DNA from: Tubulanus polymorphus
Lineage: Eukaryota; Animalia; Nemertea
DNA length: 64,000 nucleotides
Direction of reading: 5' to 3'
Assembly (NCBI RefSeq): GCF_964204645.1
Contig: NC_134027.1
Span: 3,442,485 to 3,506,484 of the forward strand
Part shown: positions 1-24,200 of the stretch, piece after piece
How the letters are laid out: every line of letters begins with the position of its first letter
How positions within the stretch are numbered: position 1 is the first letter of the stretch
Position numbers and translations under genes: made by a program
Notes under the pieces: generated by a model
Database searches by the model: none
What the model was told of the DNA's origin: nothing
Seen by the model: the letters and a program-made list of their open reading frames with translations, nothing else

Positions 1-3000
1 AGCAACCTATAATATATACTGTAATCATTAGTTCCATCATAATGATTACTTCATTGTTAGAAAATGCATGATTTCAATGAACTTACATCGCATAAAACGA
101 GGAGACCAATATTCTTAGATCGCGTCGTGAAACAATAATTGGCACTTTTGCTCGACATATCAGCAAAATAAACTCCTTTACCAAACTGAAATAGTGATGA
201 AATAAACCTTTAGATGGATAAGTAATCATTGAGTTGAAAATGAGTTACTTATGATTAGCTTACCATGTAACCAGTAACCGGAGCTTCGGGTGGAGCAATA
301 CGTAAACCTTTCTGTAAGATTCCACACCAATTTGTTAGTCGTGATCCGTGCCATAACAATTTCCTATATGAGCAAAATTCAAACAATATCAATAGTTTTA
401 TTTGGTTTTTGCACTAGAATTGGAAACTGTAAAACTCACCTATTTCCGAGATCCTTCTTGAATTTCTCGGCCTCACCCTCTTTTTCGCATTCAAATACAT
501 CAACAATTTTCATAGAATAATGATTATGTGTATCGGCATGTGTGTTCTTTAGATAATCTTCTACCATCTATAAACAAACATTCGAATGTCAAATTTCTGG
601 AGTGTTAGTTACAGATCAATTCTCGCTATAGTGATTCACCTACCTTGAAATCTGGAGAATCTTGATCCAGCGGTTTTAAGCCACATTTCAATGATTTATA
701 ATGTTGATCAACTGGATTTTCATCACTCTTCGAGTCTTCTCGCAACATTTTCATCGCTATTTCTATATCACCCAAAGCCTAAGTGACATTTCAACAATAT
801 TATATCTACCGATATATATGTAACTTAGAGAATATAACCAAAACAATCGATATACCGGTACCTCTAATAAGTTAGATTTCATCTTGACTTCTGCTTCAGT
901 TTTAATCAATGGAGGTGTACGCATGCTGGAAATTAATCATTTTTACACTTCATTTCTGACCCAGATATTTTTTCCTTTATCAGTATCTTGTTATTTGTGA
1001 TCACGTACCCGAAATCATGTGGAATTCTAGTATAAAACGCATCACAAGCGGCTACCAATCTACGACCGGTATCGTTATTTTGGATGCATGTTTCTATTTC
1101 TTTCAAAGCTGTGTAACCGGCTTTAATCTGAGCAGTCGTCAATTTACCTACATTATCAATCAAATACATTGAATAAAATGAACTTCAAATAATTGCAGGT
1201 AGATGTAGAAAAACAAAACTCACCTAATGGCGCCTTTTTAGCATCGTACTTCATTTCAACTACAGCATCTTCCATTGATTTAACATCACATATCAGGTTA
1301 ATCAGAGCCTGAAAGTGAAAATACAACCAGTCAACAAATTCATACACAAACAAACAGTCAAACTCAGTTAGGTCTTTAACGGATAAGTCATCACATTAAC
1401 TAAGTCATCTATTTCTAAGTGCCAATTCGTATTTCCAAATCAATTCACTTCGCAAAATGAGCCATCATTTGGATAAGTCATCAACACAATGATTGTCCCA
1501 GCTACGACTTAAGCGAGTTTAACTTTTTAACATCAGAGCTTAGTCTACTATCTATCCATATTGTACTACGGATTGCAGCACTAAACAAAGCTTTGCGCTG
1601 ACCTGTAAGCGAATATCAATTTTCGACGCAGGGACATCTTTCTTTGGTTTGCTTTCATTCTCTTCTTTCACATTCTACATTGGAAAACAACTTAACACGT
1701 ATACATAGCTGAACATATGAAAGCGAATATACTGAGATGTTGTATTAAACACAGTGTTATGTACCTCAGTACTGTAATCCATCTCTAACATATCATACTT
1801 CCCTGGAACTTTAGTGAAAGCCTTACGACTGTGCCACTCATTTTTTGTTTTATCCTTGAACCTGCAAATGTAATCACCAGTTTTCTTTCCAATCGCTTAC
1901 TTGATTGCATTAGTTAGAAAATACAGTAAAGAGAGGACATACTTTGAACAGAATAATTGCTTTGCTTTCTCCACATCACTGCCGCACGGTGTGAGACTAT
2001 TTTGTCCATTTTTACCAACTCTTCCCCAACGAAACCAAACATCATATCGTTTTGCTTTGTCATCTTCCAGTAATTGACATATGTAATATTTGTTATTGTT
2101 ATTTTTCAAATTTGTCTATAAAATAAAAATACCTCATGATTTTCAATATTCTAATACATGCACCGGTAGTTCAAACATTCATCCATAAAATGAAGTGAAT
2201 TGCTCACCTGGTTCAGCATGGCATCATATATGTCATTGCCTTCACAATACACATGAGCAACACCTATCTTACTGTGGCATTCTGTATCAACCGGCGCTTT
2301 ACCCTTGATAACAACTGTCTTCACTAAAGAAATTCACAATTTTTATATTACCTATTGACAACGGATCGTAGCCAATACAACAACTTCAGAAATCCAGTAA
2401 ATTCATATTTACCTTTAGAGTCATCTTGCGCCATTCCAGATGATTTCGACCCTGCTGATTTTGCTACTCTACCACTTTTACTTGCACCACTTTTAGCATT
2501 AGATTTTGGTTTGATATCCTCACTACTTGCAGACGTCATTACTTCATCATTCTCTTCATCTTCATTTTCTTTCTTTACTGGAGAAGCAGCATCTTAAAAA
2601 TTGATTTCATTACATTTTTAGCATTAATCAATATTTGCTTTCTATGCAATTCGCATTTTCAATTTCACTTAATAGATACACAAGAAATCGATACCTGATT
2701 TTTTTCGCCGGATCGTTCGGATTTTTTTAGTTCCTGTATTTTCTTGTTCCATTTTTTTCATGTCAATGGAATAATTGCTACCGGAATAAGACAGTAATAC
2801 GGTAGCATTATCAGCCTGTTTCGCTTGTTCTAAAGCCGATGCTTGTTCGATGTTGTAAGGATTCCAGTCATTTCTATCATCTTCCCATTCCCACAAATAA
2901 TACCCTAAAAACAATTAGAAAATATTTTCCGATTGAAAAAGAAAATTCATAACCCCAGTGAATTCATGTACTGATTATGGTTTTAATTCTTTAAGCGCAA

Positions 3001-3836
3001 GTATTTTCAATGGTTTCAAAACTGCTCTAAAGACTTTATTTTTCTACCCAGGCATCGGACTTCAAATACCGGTATTTCAATTGTAAACATTTTCTTTTAT
3101 TAAATCAACCACTGATTGTTTAAACATACTTTTCAATGTTTTAATTGCCTTAAAATGGTGTCTACCACTAAATAGGGCACAAAAGATGGCAATAACAATA
3201 GTGTTATAATAATAATAATAAGCTAATATGTACCATCATCACTTGTGTCATGGTAAGTACACCGCACTCTCCGCTGCCAACCAGTTTTTTTATTTTTCTG
3301 AGTTCCTTTCGCGAAATTGATCAGTACAGAGACACCAGATATTGAGAGCGTAACCTAAAAAAACAAATATGATGCAACAATAAACTATAAACAGCACATT
3401 CAGAAAACCAGAAAAATCAGCAGAATCACGCATTAAACTTACATCCTTCTTTTTGTTCTGATAGGCATTACATATTTGTGTATTGTGTTGATCTGAATAT
3501 TTCGTCCACTTTTCGTTATCTTCCCATTCCCAATGTAATGACAAATTCACTGATGGCTGTTCATCACCACTGTTCTTTGCTGATCTTGTTGAAGACCTTT
3601 GTTTTTTACTGGGTGTTTCAGCTGCATCTCCCCCACCACCTTTCAATTCATAAAGTAAACAAAGCGCAAATTGTATAATCATTTGTTAAAAATAAGGCAA
3701 TACGCCACAATGAATGTATCTTTAAATGGGTCTCCAAAGAATTGTGAACAAAGTTTAATTTGAATTTGCGTTTATACCAAAAAGCATCAGTCTCGTCATT
3801 TTTACCTGTTGTTGCTTTTCGTTTAGGGCGTGGCAT
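1..3836 (-). CDS. PARP2: Poly(ADP-ribose) polymerase 2-like (2xWWE - WGR - PARP regulatory - catalytic), multi-exon, 3' end runs off the window start
   Basis: ATG at 3836 ([11 protein letters not shown]|gt). GT-AG exons at about 3806-3836, 3441-3639, 3234-3353, 2695-2903, 2413-2593, 2209-2322, 1942-2115, 1765-1861, 1603-1674, 1224-1308, 1008-1146, 862-925, 644-777, 440-566, 264-363 and 87-185. Motifs: WWE ([12 protein letters not shown]; [13 protein letters not shown]), WGR ([20 protein letters not shown]), regulatory ([18 protein letters not shown]) and catalytic ([40 protein letters not shown]). Confidence 0.93.
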
Positions 3837-3884
3837 GATTCGATATTAACTACAGCGTGTTAAACTGTGTTGGATCTATCAGTG

Positions 3885-4060
3885 TGCCAAATTTCGCGAC
3901 TAGAAAAAACTCAAAACAGGACGATATTCGCGTTTTAATGACAGAAATTCATCGAAATTCAAACCAGATTCAGCACCGTGCGTGAAATACGTCATCGAAA
4001 TACGCGTCGAATACGTCATCAGTTCGCGTGTATTATTGGTGACGCAACGCTAAATCGTGT
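3885..4060. promoter_or_regulatory. Putative PARP promoter with E2F-like TTCGCG elements and a repeated AATACGTCATC (CRE/ATF half-site)
   Basis: CpG-rich patch just upstream of the PARP ATG. TTCGCG occurs near 3893, 3927 and 4023. AATACGTCATC occurs twice (about 3986 and 4010), flanking ACGCGT. Confidence 0.4.
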
Positions 4061-5117
4061 ACATGGACTCAGCGTGTAATTAGTGAGGGTTTGATTTGTT
4101 TACACGTATTTAAACTGCTATGACACATGAGGTAAGCGTTAGTGGAGGTTTTTACTGTTGTAAATGTATTGAACTATTGAATAATGATGAAATCAGCGCC
4201 AAATCTTAATAAAATACAATAGAAATCAACGTCAAATAGCGCAAGTCCTAGCACCACTCCCCCTCTCACTCGATTCTGAATCTTGCCCGAAAACTGAAGT
4301 CCTGAATTTTTGAAAAGCTGGAGGTATATCCGGGATACGTATTTTCTTGTTGTCATTTCGTCATATGATATCGCAAAATTCAGTTATACAGCAAATTCCT
4401 ATCATGATTTATCAAACCCTGTGGCTGTTAAATGTGGGCAATTTATATTAGGCCTAATATAAAAAAAGTAATTGATAACAACCCACACTCACTGACTCCT
4501 GCAGTACCAACCAACCATCATTTTACTAAAGAACTGTGTATTATTTATCTATTTACTCAAATTGAAGCCGTAGAGAGCAGCCCAAAATCATGATACAAGT
4601 AACCCATCAGAGAGTGACAGCGCTATCAGTCAATTTTCCCCTACTCCATGATTTATTGGCAGCTCTGAAAAACATAATCCATATAATAGGGGCCTTATAG
4701 ATAATTCAGTATTTATCTATTAGTAATCACATTGTCATATAGATTTGTTTTATAATTTGCCAATCACAGAGAATATTGACCTATTGAAAAATAGTATATA
4801 CACGTTTCAGTAGCGGTGTACTGATTAGGTATTCGTCACATGACTTGAAGGTTTGCAGTACTGGTGTAACTGGTGTCAACCGATCTGGTCAAAACAGGCC
4901 TTAAATTGAGATAGTTTCATTTGTGGAAGAGTAACCTATATAACAATAATAGTTATGGCGTATGTCAGGGTAGGTTTACTGAACGTTACTGTTACAATAT
5001 GGTTGAGTGTGCAATATGCAGAAATCTTGTAAGTCTGAATTACAGTTGTGCTATACTAGTAAACTAGTGCTTTATGGTTTACACTCATGTGACACCTTAG
5101 TTTTATATCGTACACAG

Positions 5118-5150
5118 TGCTGGCTCGCTGGCTGGCTCGCTGGCTGGCTG
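5118..5150 (+). repeat. Short tandem repeat (GCTGGCTC/GCTG units)
   Basis: tgctggctcgctggctggctcgctggctggctg. Confidence 0.7.
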
Positions 5151-6035
5151 TCTGTGTATACTGTGACGTTATTGTCAGATGTCTTTATTTTAAAAATGTG
5201 AAGAATGTCACATGTGGGAGGACGGTAAAATATTTGCGAAGAGTTTTGTATTGTTTGGCAAATACGTCCATTGTGAATGTGACACCGGTTTTATCGCAAG
5301 TAGAATAGATCTTCTTTAAGAAATACTTAAGTCTTAAATTCGATTTTGCGGTATGACAGATAATCCACTTGGGCTTTATAGTCATCTGAAAAAGTGTGTA
5401 AAAGTGTTAATTTTCTTATGTTTTTAGACTCAATTGCTAATGATAATTAGGCTTGTCATCCTTTAAACAACTCGATTTTATGGAATGACTGATAATCCAC
5501 TTGAGCTCTTTATAGTCACCTGAACAGGTTTTTCTGAAGACTGAGCCTACTTTCCTATGAAAACTTTTTTGTCATTCGGTTATAATTCATTTTAGGCTTA
5601 AACCTGAAATGGAAGTTTCAGCGATGTAACCTTGAACTGTGTGTATGATGAGACAGATGGTTTAGTAATAAAATTAATACTATGTGGGTGTCAATTCAAA
5701 GGTTAATTGACTTGAGGGCATCATCTTTAGTACATGGTTTTTCAATTCATTATGAAACTATTGGATGTGAAATCTGGTTTAGTCAAGCCGACGCCACTTT
5801 TTATGACATAGAAAAAATTCATCGAACAAACAAAATGTAATCATTATAATTTGCTGTCAAATGAAATATTGAATGTTTTTGTCTGCGATACTGTGCTAGG
5901 AATAGGCTATAATGAATGGTTTGAAGTTGGTGGATACGTAATGTTTGAATGTGTACGTACGAGGTATATGATTTTGTGTGGGGGGTAGGGCAGATAGATT
6001 CAACACCTGTAGCTTACTGTTAACATTCGTAAATG

Positions 6036-6145
<110 letters not shown>

Positions 6146-6630
6146 TTTTCATTATATATGCCATGTCATAATACTTCTGATTATTTAAACCTGGTTCTTT
6201 AACTATTATTTATCCCTACAGGAAGTAAATAGCAGATAAATGGAAGAACAAAGCGTTCAAAATGTTGCCTAGAATCATGAATTTCATCAGTATGCCTAGT
6301 CGTTAAGACAGTTGTGATGTAGTCTCTTTATCGTCTGTTATTCCTCGACTAGGGTCATATCAGTATTTAGCCTACATTAATATGTAACAGAATGAACAGA
6401 TTTCGAAATGGTGTCTGAAATATTTGAACATACCGACCGGTGTTTATTGTTAACATTTCTTCAGTCCCAACAACCGATTGAATTTAATCCGAAGAACTTC
6501 AAACAAATTTTTGCAGGTTCATCCCAAGAAATTACTCTTAGGCTCTCCAAACATTAATCGACTATGTGATCAGTTAACGTGGTTTAATCAGTGGTAAAGA
6601 TGAAGTTGACCAGGATGCTAACGCAACACG

Positions 6631-16925
<10,295 letters not shown>

Positions 16926-19900
16926 CGCTGGTAATTTACGTTTAGAAAATCTCTACGGCGAATAAATGTCATCGCGCTTCGGTAAAAAGTGAGGTCGTTT
17001 TATCATCATCATCATCATCATTCTGTGAACTGGCTGTTAGGAACGTGCGTAGTTATAATCTCTCGATGTATGGAACGGAGGAACCGCTCTAAAACTGTCT
17101 TCTATGTGTACGATGTTTATGGGTAATAATTCTAAGAGTGATATAATATAAACCGTAATTCCTCTGTGATGAACGTTCAGCTTAACATGTGTAGTCTGTG
17201 ATGAGACCGATAGTTAGTGAGTGCCTTTTCACGCCCTGAAAACTTGTTTTTATTTTTACTCCCGAGGCGAAATGAGAGAAAAAACTTCAAGAATAAAATA
17301 GTATTTGATTAATCTTCCTGATGACTGTAACGGCGAATCATTTCATTCAATTAATCGCATATTTTTGGATCAGATTATTTATTTATTTTCAGGAATTCGT
17401 TATTCTTGTAATAGCGCTGAAAACTATTTTCTCTTGAGGCTGCCACCAGTATTAGAAATGTTCCATAAAACGTAAACGCTATTAAGTGGCAATCACTAAA
17501 ATCCTAATGTTGATATTGAGAAGGTTATACAAGAGTGCCTGTCTTCGCGGATGTATCTTTTATAAGTTTTTAAACGTAATGCCTTCAGATAACGTAATGC
17601 TCATGACTTGTAAAACATTGAAACCTTCAATTGCGTGTGCCATTTGGTCAGTATTTCATGATTCTGTAAAATGAGAGAATAAAAACGAGTCCATGCCGGT
17701 GTTTGAAATTCATTACAAGTGAAAACACACTATAAATATCCTAAATCCTAGTTTATGTCATATGTTTGATATGCTTGATATGATACAACAATGGCACTTA
17801 TTGAGACTGTGTTTTAGGCCAGTGTGTATAGTTATGGGTCTATAATTTGTATTGTGTGGATGTCTGTATGTAACAAGTACATTGTGTCACTTTTTAGAAA
17901 AAGGAATGATATAAAAGAATGAATGATCATGTATCGGAAGTGTATCTATGATACACATTTATATACATTAGAGTTTCAACTGAAAAAGTGAACTACTTGG
18001 GTTCTATTGCAAGCTGCCAAACAAACATGTGCGTGTATATGATAATGTAACGATATAAGATTATTAAAATTTGATAATATAAAAAATGAGGTATGATAAA
18101 TGATATCAAAGAATTGCTGAAAAATTGCCACTGATGAAATTTTTTTAAAGAATTAGAAGTATGGGTTCATTGATCAGGTATTCAAACTATAAGATTCTTA
18201 GCTGATTATGCCTGCTGTTATTAGATGATGTGTATACTAATCAGTTGTCATTTAATCTTTATATTTTTCTATTTGAAAATTGAATACCTTCCACCATCGA
18301 CGACGAATTTCTTCCATTTTATGTGAAAATGCTGATCTTTTTTTAAGGTTTTTTTTTGTACAATTTACTAACATTCTCCTGAAATTGATGTGGTCGATTG
18401 TAACCATCCCGTCGAACTTGCTGAAAACTGCTATATACACACATTAACACATTGTACTTGGTGATTTGATAAACAGCAGAACTTATCAGTGTTTGAAATA
18501 CTCAGAATTGAGACGATCAATCAGTGGATTGTGAGCACCCTCTATTGAGTTAGATATTCACCGAGATTTCGTGTCACTAATTTCTAATTCTGTTATTCGC
18601 TTAAAAGTTACATTCTTAGTTATTCAATCCTATGCAGCGGATCTTTTTCAAATGCAGCGCTATCTTATTTTACACGATTTTCTGCTGTTATTGATTCATG
18701 CAATTATTTTAGATATTTCTGGCTGTCTATGCAGGTAATTTGGTTTATTTATGAATTCATGGATGTTTGATTTTATCCAGAATGAGATTTCTACATTATG
18801 CATTGTTCCCAATTCAATGATTTATCAGATGTTGTTTATTTTTATGTGTATTAGAAAACAAAACCAGTTTTTAAGAAGCAACTTTTAATCTTGCTAGAGA
18901 TGCAATGTGATTGGATTTATTCCCGTATAAGTAATTGTTAACCAAATGACCATAGTTTAACCATTACAGGTATATCGCCACGTGAATGACTGATATTGCG
19001 AAATGCAGTTGATTTTATTGTAATTTATCAAGTCCTAAATACGAGTATAAGATTATGAGTAGTGTACTTAGAGTAAGGATCAGTAACTCTTGATTCAAGA
19101 TCTTTAAAGTCATGATGTTCTTTGTAAATGAGAATTATTTGATCCTTATTTTATTAGTGTTTAATTATGAATATGAACCAGGCTGATCGAAGCCTAGCTT
19201 TATCAACTACCTCACCTTGTTTATCCCCTGGTTGTAAATAAATGTTGACGTGTAATTTTGTCCGATTTTAACATATATGAATATGACTTTAATTTTGAAA
19301 CCAATGGTGGTAATGTCCATAAAAAAACGTGTATTCTATAATAATATATTTGTTGTAATGTTTTAAGCGTATTTCACATGTCCAAAGCTGCTTGTCGCTG
19401 TCATCTAATGTCATACGATCGACACGAATACGGCGACCTCACTCCTTGTGCACGTCTTCAGTGAACGTGGTCTTGTTTTGCTCTAGAAAAACTTTGGCTT
19501 CCAAACCAGTTATTGATGGTTGATAAGCTATGATGATGATAGAAGGTGCAGCATTCTGTTATTATTTGCGACGTCACTGGATTACTCGGTGATCTATGTA
19601 CATGTTCTCCATCATGTGGCTTATATTGTAAATACTAAATGCATTTTCATGTTTGTCTGTCACTGATATTTGTGTACTGAGCATTTAGTCACTACTGGAA
19701 ATGGAAAAAAATATAAACCGTAATTATAAGAAAAACTGGCGATTTGAACTTTTCTCTTGTTTGTTTTACGCTCTGCAGATGTCACTCCTTCCTAGCAGAT
19801 TCAACTTCAGCTCACTTCCACAAGTTCCGAGGGTGAGAATTGCAGGAAATCCTACTCCCTCTTCGATATTAGAATGATTTTAATCCATCCGAATCCCTAT

Positions 19901-21248
19901 AGTAAAATACCACGCACTCGATTTTTTTTTATACAAACCAAAATAATTTATTGAGAAAAAAGTGCTTGTTGGACAAATAGTCATACAACCGTTTCTTTTA
20001 AGAGGTGTTTTTTCTAATTCTAGAAAATAAATTAATGCAAATTATGTACAAAATAAATAGTTAAAATTGCCTTTTCCCGCCTTGCAGGGGTAAACTTAAT
20101 ATAACTTAGCCCTGGGGTTGAATATGTCATAATTATATTACTTTGTCGATTTTAAGACTAAAACAAAAATAAAATCATATTTATCTAACTAAATACTATT
20201 CCACGGCACACAAAACTCAATATATTATTACATTTGCGCCATATAAATCGTGTTAGCATATAGATAGTTTTAGGCATCTTCAAGATCCGATGGCATCCAA
20301 ATCTAAAAGCGACGTATATAGTAAATAGCTGTACATAATCTGAGCAAATCTAGGTATTGAGATTCATTACATGAATACGAAAATTATCTTTTTATCGAAA
20401 ATGATAATTGATATTGTATACACTTTAAAAAAAAATTTTTCATCAATAAACATCGCGTATATACCGATAAAATGTATACAAACAACCAAAACTCCGCAAT
20501 AGACGTATTTACAGGTTTAAAAGTTTATCAAAAGTATAAAACGTATATCTCAAAATGTCTACAATTAACTACTCGTTATGAAAATATCATGAATCTACAT
20601 GGTTTGATAATGTATGTACAATATAAGTTTGTTATCGATGAAAATGAAATGAATTAAATGCAATGTTTCCACAACCGTTAAGGAATGCGTCTATCACTCA
20701 CTCGATAATGCATTCGATATCATTTTCATTATGTAGCATCATTTCATACCAGGACCGCTACCGCCATTCTCTTGTAACCACTTGATTATGGGATGTTTAC
20801 TGCTAGAAACTGAGAATATAGTGGATTATATTTTCTCTGCACGATATCCGCCGATCGTCAGCTAATTTTCTAATTTTTTACGCTACTGTGAGAAATAAAT
20901 GCCACGAAAAACAGGTGGCCCGACATATTTTTTGTTATCAATTCGGAATGTGCGGCATTGACGTTATTCCCTTGTAGCGTACCCAGTAACCCTATTCTCA
21001 CGTAAAGCTGGGGAATATAATATTTCTAGTCGAGGAATTGATGATCAATCGCCACCGGAAACCGCCGACTTCAGACTATACCTTATTTCCTCCCAGTAAG
21101 CACCCCATATTGTCTTATAGTAGCATGAGTGCAAATAACGTAAACGTAACGTAATATCAAAAAGTCATCAGTGTATACAAAATTATATAAAATCCATTGG
21201 TCCCTTGTTCAAGAATTGTTCAAGCTTTGTAAGCTTCAGCTATGCGTC

Positions 21249-24200
21249 TTATTGCGGCATAGGGATAGGAACAGTTTGTTGGACGTCTGTACCAGCGCTT
21301 TGAGTCGCTAGGAGGCGTTGTCGTTGACGTTGTTTCTTGAGAAGGGATCTTTGTCCGCGCATGCATGAACTTTCTTCGTGTTTGTACAGGTAGCTCTTCA
21401 AGGCGAATGCTTTTCCACATCGACCACAAGTGAACGGTTTCAGTGAGGAATGAGTCTGAATATGCGCCCGCAAATTTGATTTATCGGCGAAAGATTTCGA
21501 GCAGATATTACAAGCGAACGGTTTTTCGCCCGTATGCGTTCTTATATGTCCCTGTAACAGCCACGGTCGACTGAAATTCTTTCCGCAGTAGGGGCATTTA
21601 CACCCCTGAGCATGGGTTCGTACATGCATACTGTAAGCTGGCATTGATACGTAGACCTTTTCGCAATGTGGACATTTTCTGGCCTTCTTGTCGTCGAGAC
21701 TGCGGTGGGTTTGTCGGTGACGAGCCAGGTTACTGGAAGTGCTGTAAGATTTTTCACACAAGTCGCACGGAAACGTTTCACCGCTGTCTGATGGAATAGT
21801 TGACTCGGGTGATGTGGGAGGCGTACAGTCGATACTGAGATCACTGCTACTGTCACCTATTACTGGCACGTTGTGAAATTCCAGATGTTGTTCATCTAAA
21901 CCAATAAGACTCTGGTGAATGTGGTCGTTCGCTCTTGTTGTCTTCTGATCTTTGGCCAATAATGTTTCCATTCTGTAGTCGAAACCGGAATGGGGTACAT
22001 TTTGTTGCGGGAGAGTTGACGAGAAGAACCAATTGGTGTTGTATGGTGGAGGCATCGGAATGATATGTGGAATGCGAGTTGTCACTGGATGTTGATTATT
22101 TGGTGACAGGCATTGTGTTGATGTTCGTACGATGGAACTTTCTTTGGTGGCGTAGTTCGATAAATCTAAACCGAGATGTAAAATTGCCCGGGCTGCAAAA
22201 CTTCTACTCTCCGCTTCATGGGCTGGTAGATGTTTCTCATATATAACCTGGTCGTCGGGCGAAGGGGTGATTCTTTCGTACTTAATTTCATCTCTGGTCC
22301 ACTCTTTATCACCTAAATAGAAAATTGAAAAACATGTATGTATAGATATCTAAAAGCTCTTAAAAAGTGCATTAGCATACACTGGCTTCATAGTTTCTTC
22401 CGTGAGTTCCCTAGTTGTTCACGAGGCAACCGTTCTAACAAGATTCCCGAGAAATTCTTTCATGGTCCAATGGAATTTGTTGCGAATCTGCCTTTGTTCA
22501 CAACTATAACTGGATTCTTGATGGATTCTCCGACTTTGTTATCGTTTACTGAATTCGATTGCTTGTCAAAAAGGAAGAATAACAAAGAGCGCTTGTCGGA
22601 GTCTGGTCTCCATGTTTCTGGACGATTTCGCTAGTTTTTTGATAGCGGTTATCGTAACCTAGATAAAACATATTACTGAGTCATTTCCTGAGGATGATTT
22701 GCTTTTTGAGACAACATCGATACCGTCAACCTCAAACGGCCTAGTTTTACTGATATTACAACCAGGTGAAAGTAAATCCCTTTTAGATTATTTTTGGTCC
22801 GATATAAGTGAGGATTCTAGACACAATTTGAAGAGCAACGCGGAACATAGGTCTCCAGAAGTGTTTTAACATGACGTTTTCAACAAAACTTTTAACAAAA
22901 CTTTTTCATCAAATTTGATTAATTGAATTAATTTTAATCAAAGTTAATCTTACAGAATGAGAATATACAATTTTCAAAGAGATCAATGTTTTTGCGAAAT
23001 TAACTCTAAAATTAGTTTTTCAAGATGTGTTTTTTCATGAAGAAGTTCTCCATGTTCAGTCAACAACGCTCTAATCAGTATCGGCTAGCGGGGTAGGTCG
23101 ATCGCCTGGACGCCCGGTTCCGAACGCTAACGGCGACTGTCTCCGAGACCGAAGGTCCGAGCGCACGAGCACACACCTAAGAATTTAGGTGAAGTTGGGT
23201 TTTTTTCTGTTTTCTTCAGCCGGATGATGAAAACCGATGCTTTCAGTTATTGCATAACAAGCTGCTAGTAATAGACATACCGATCTATTCGTGTGGTTTT
23301 TTTCAGACGATCAATCCCAATACAATGGATCTTAAAAAATCATGAAACCAGCATTATTTATGTATATCATCAAAAATACATGTTTATCATATATCTCATT
23401 TGATGCAACGATTGAAAATAATACTCATGGATTCTAGACACATATATTCTTGTTTGTGTAAAATCCGAGTCGACGGTGAAATAAATAATAGTTCTGGATG
23501 TAAATAAAGTAGATGTAATTGACGAGTGAAGACAGTTGCATAACGGCGATGAGTGATGAATAAGCCTGATGTCGGTCTGAGTCCCGCCTGTCATTATTTA
23601 CGCGTCAGTTGCCTGTCAATGTCAACCTCGCTGATCAACCTTATCTGGTGCTGACTGATGTGGTGCTGACCAACACCCTCGATCAATCAGCTCCGTCTGG
23701 CCAGTTTTTGTTACAAAACCTTGCTATCAGATTATGTATAGTTACTTCAGCTATGGGGATAAGATTCTTCGGCGAATATCCCAGAAAGAGACACAAGATT
23801 CCGGTAACAAAAAAATGGGGGAATTACGTTACGAGGTCAAACTGACTGCACAGTTGCTTTCTCGTGTTACCGCTCCATAGGTAACAACTATTTTTTTGGG
23901 ATAATAAATCATATTCTACGATATAAACAACCGACTTTAGAGCCACCTGGCTTGGAAACGAAGGTAGTTACACACAAAAAAAAACCAGTCAGCTATGCAC
24001 CTTTTTTGCTAGATAATATCCCTAACGTCCATGGATCGACCTCGGAATTGAGTGGACAAAATATACGACGTTCCGAGGGAATGATATCATTTTCTATCAA
24101 TGGATTTTATCTTAATGTGCGTCTGGGTTAAACGTGGTACTAAACGTGTTCTAAGTCCAGACGTTTTTAAAAACGTGTAAAGTTTATGCACGATCGGCAG

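Noticed and set aside
5358-5526. Degenerate direct repeat of about 35 bp (gataatccactt..tttatagtca.ctgaa, twice)
   Set aside because: Only two diverged copies, consistent with an ordinary local duplication rather than a CRISPR-like array.
17315-17345. CTGATGA suggesting a hammerhead ribozyme core
   Set aside because: There is no properly placed GAAA and no stems I/III. Other CTGATGA sites I checked also lacked the structure.
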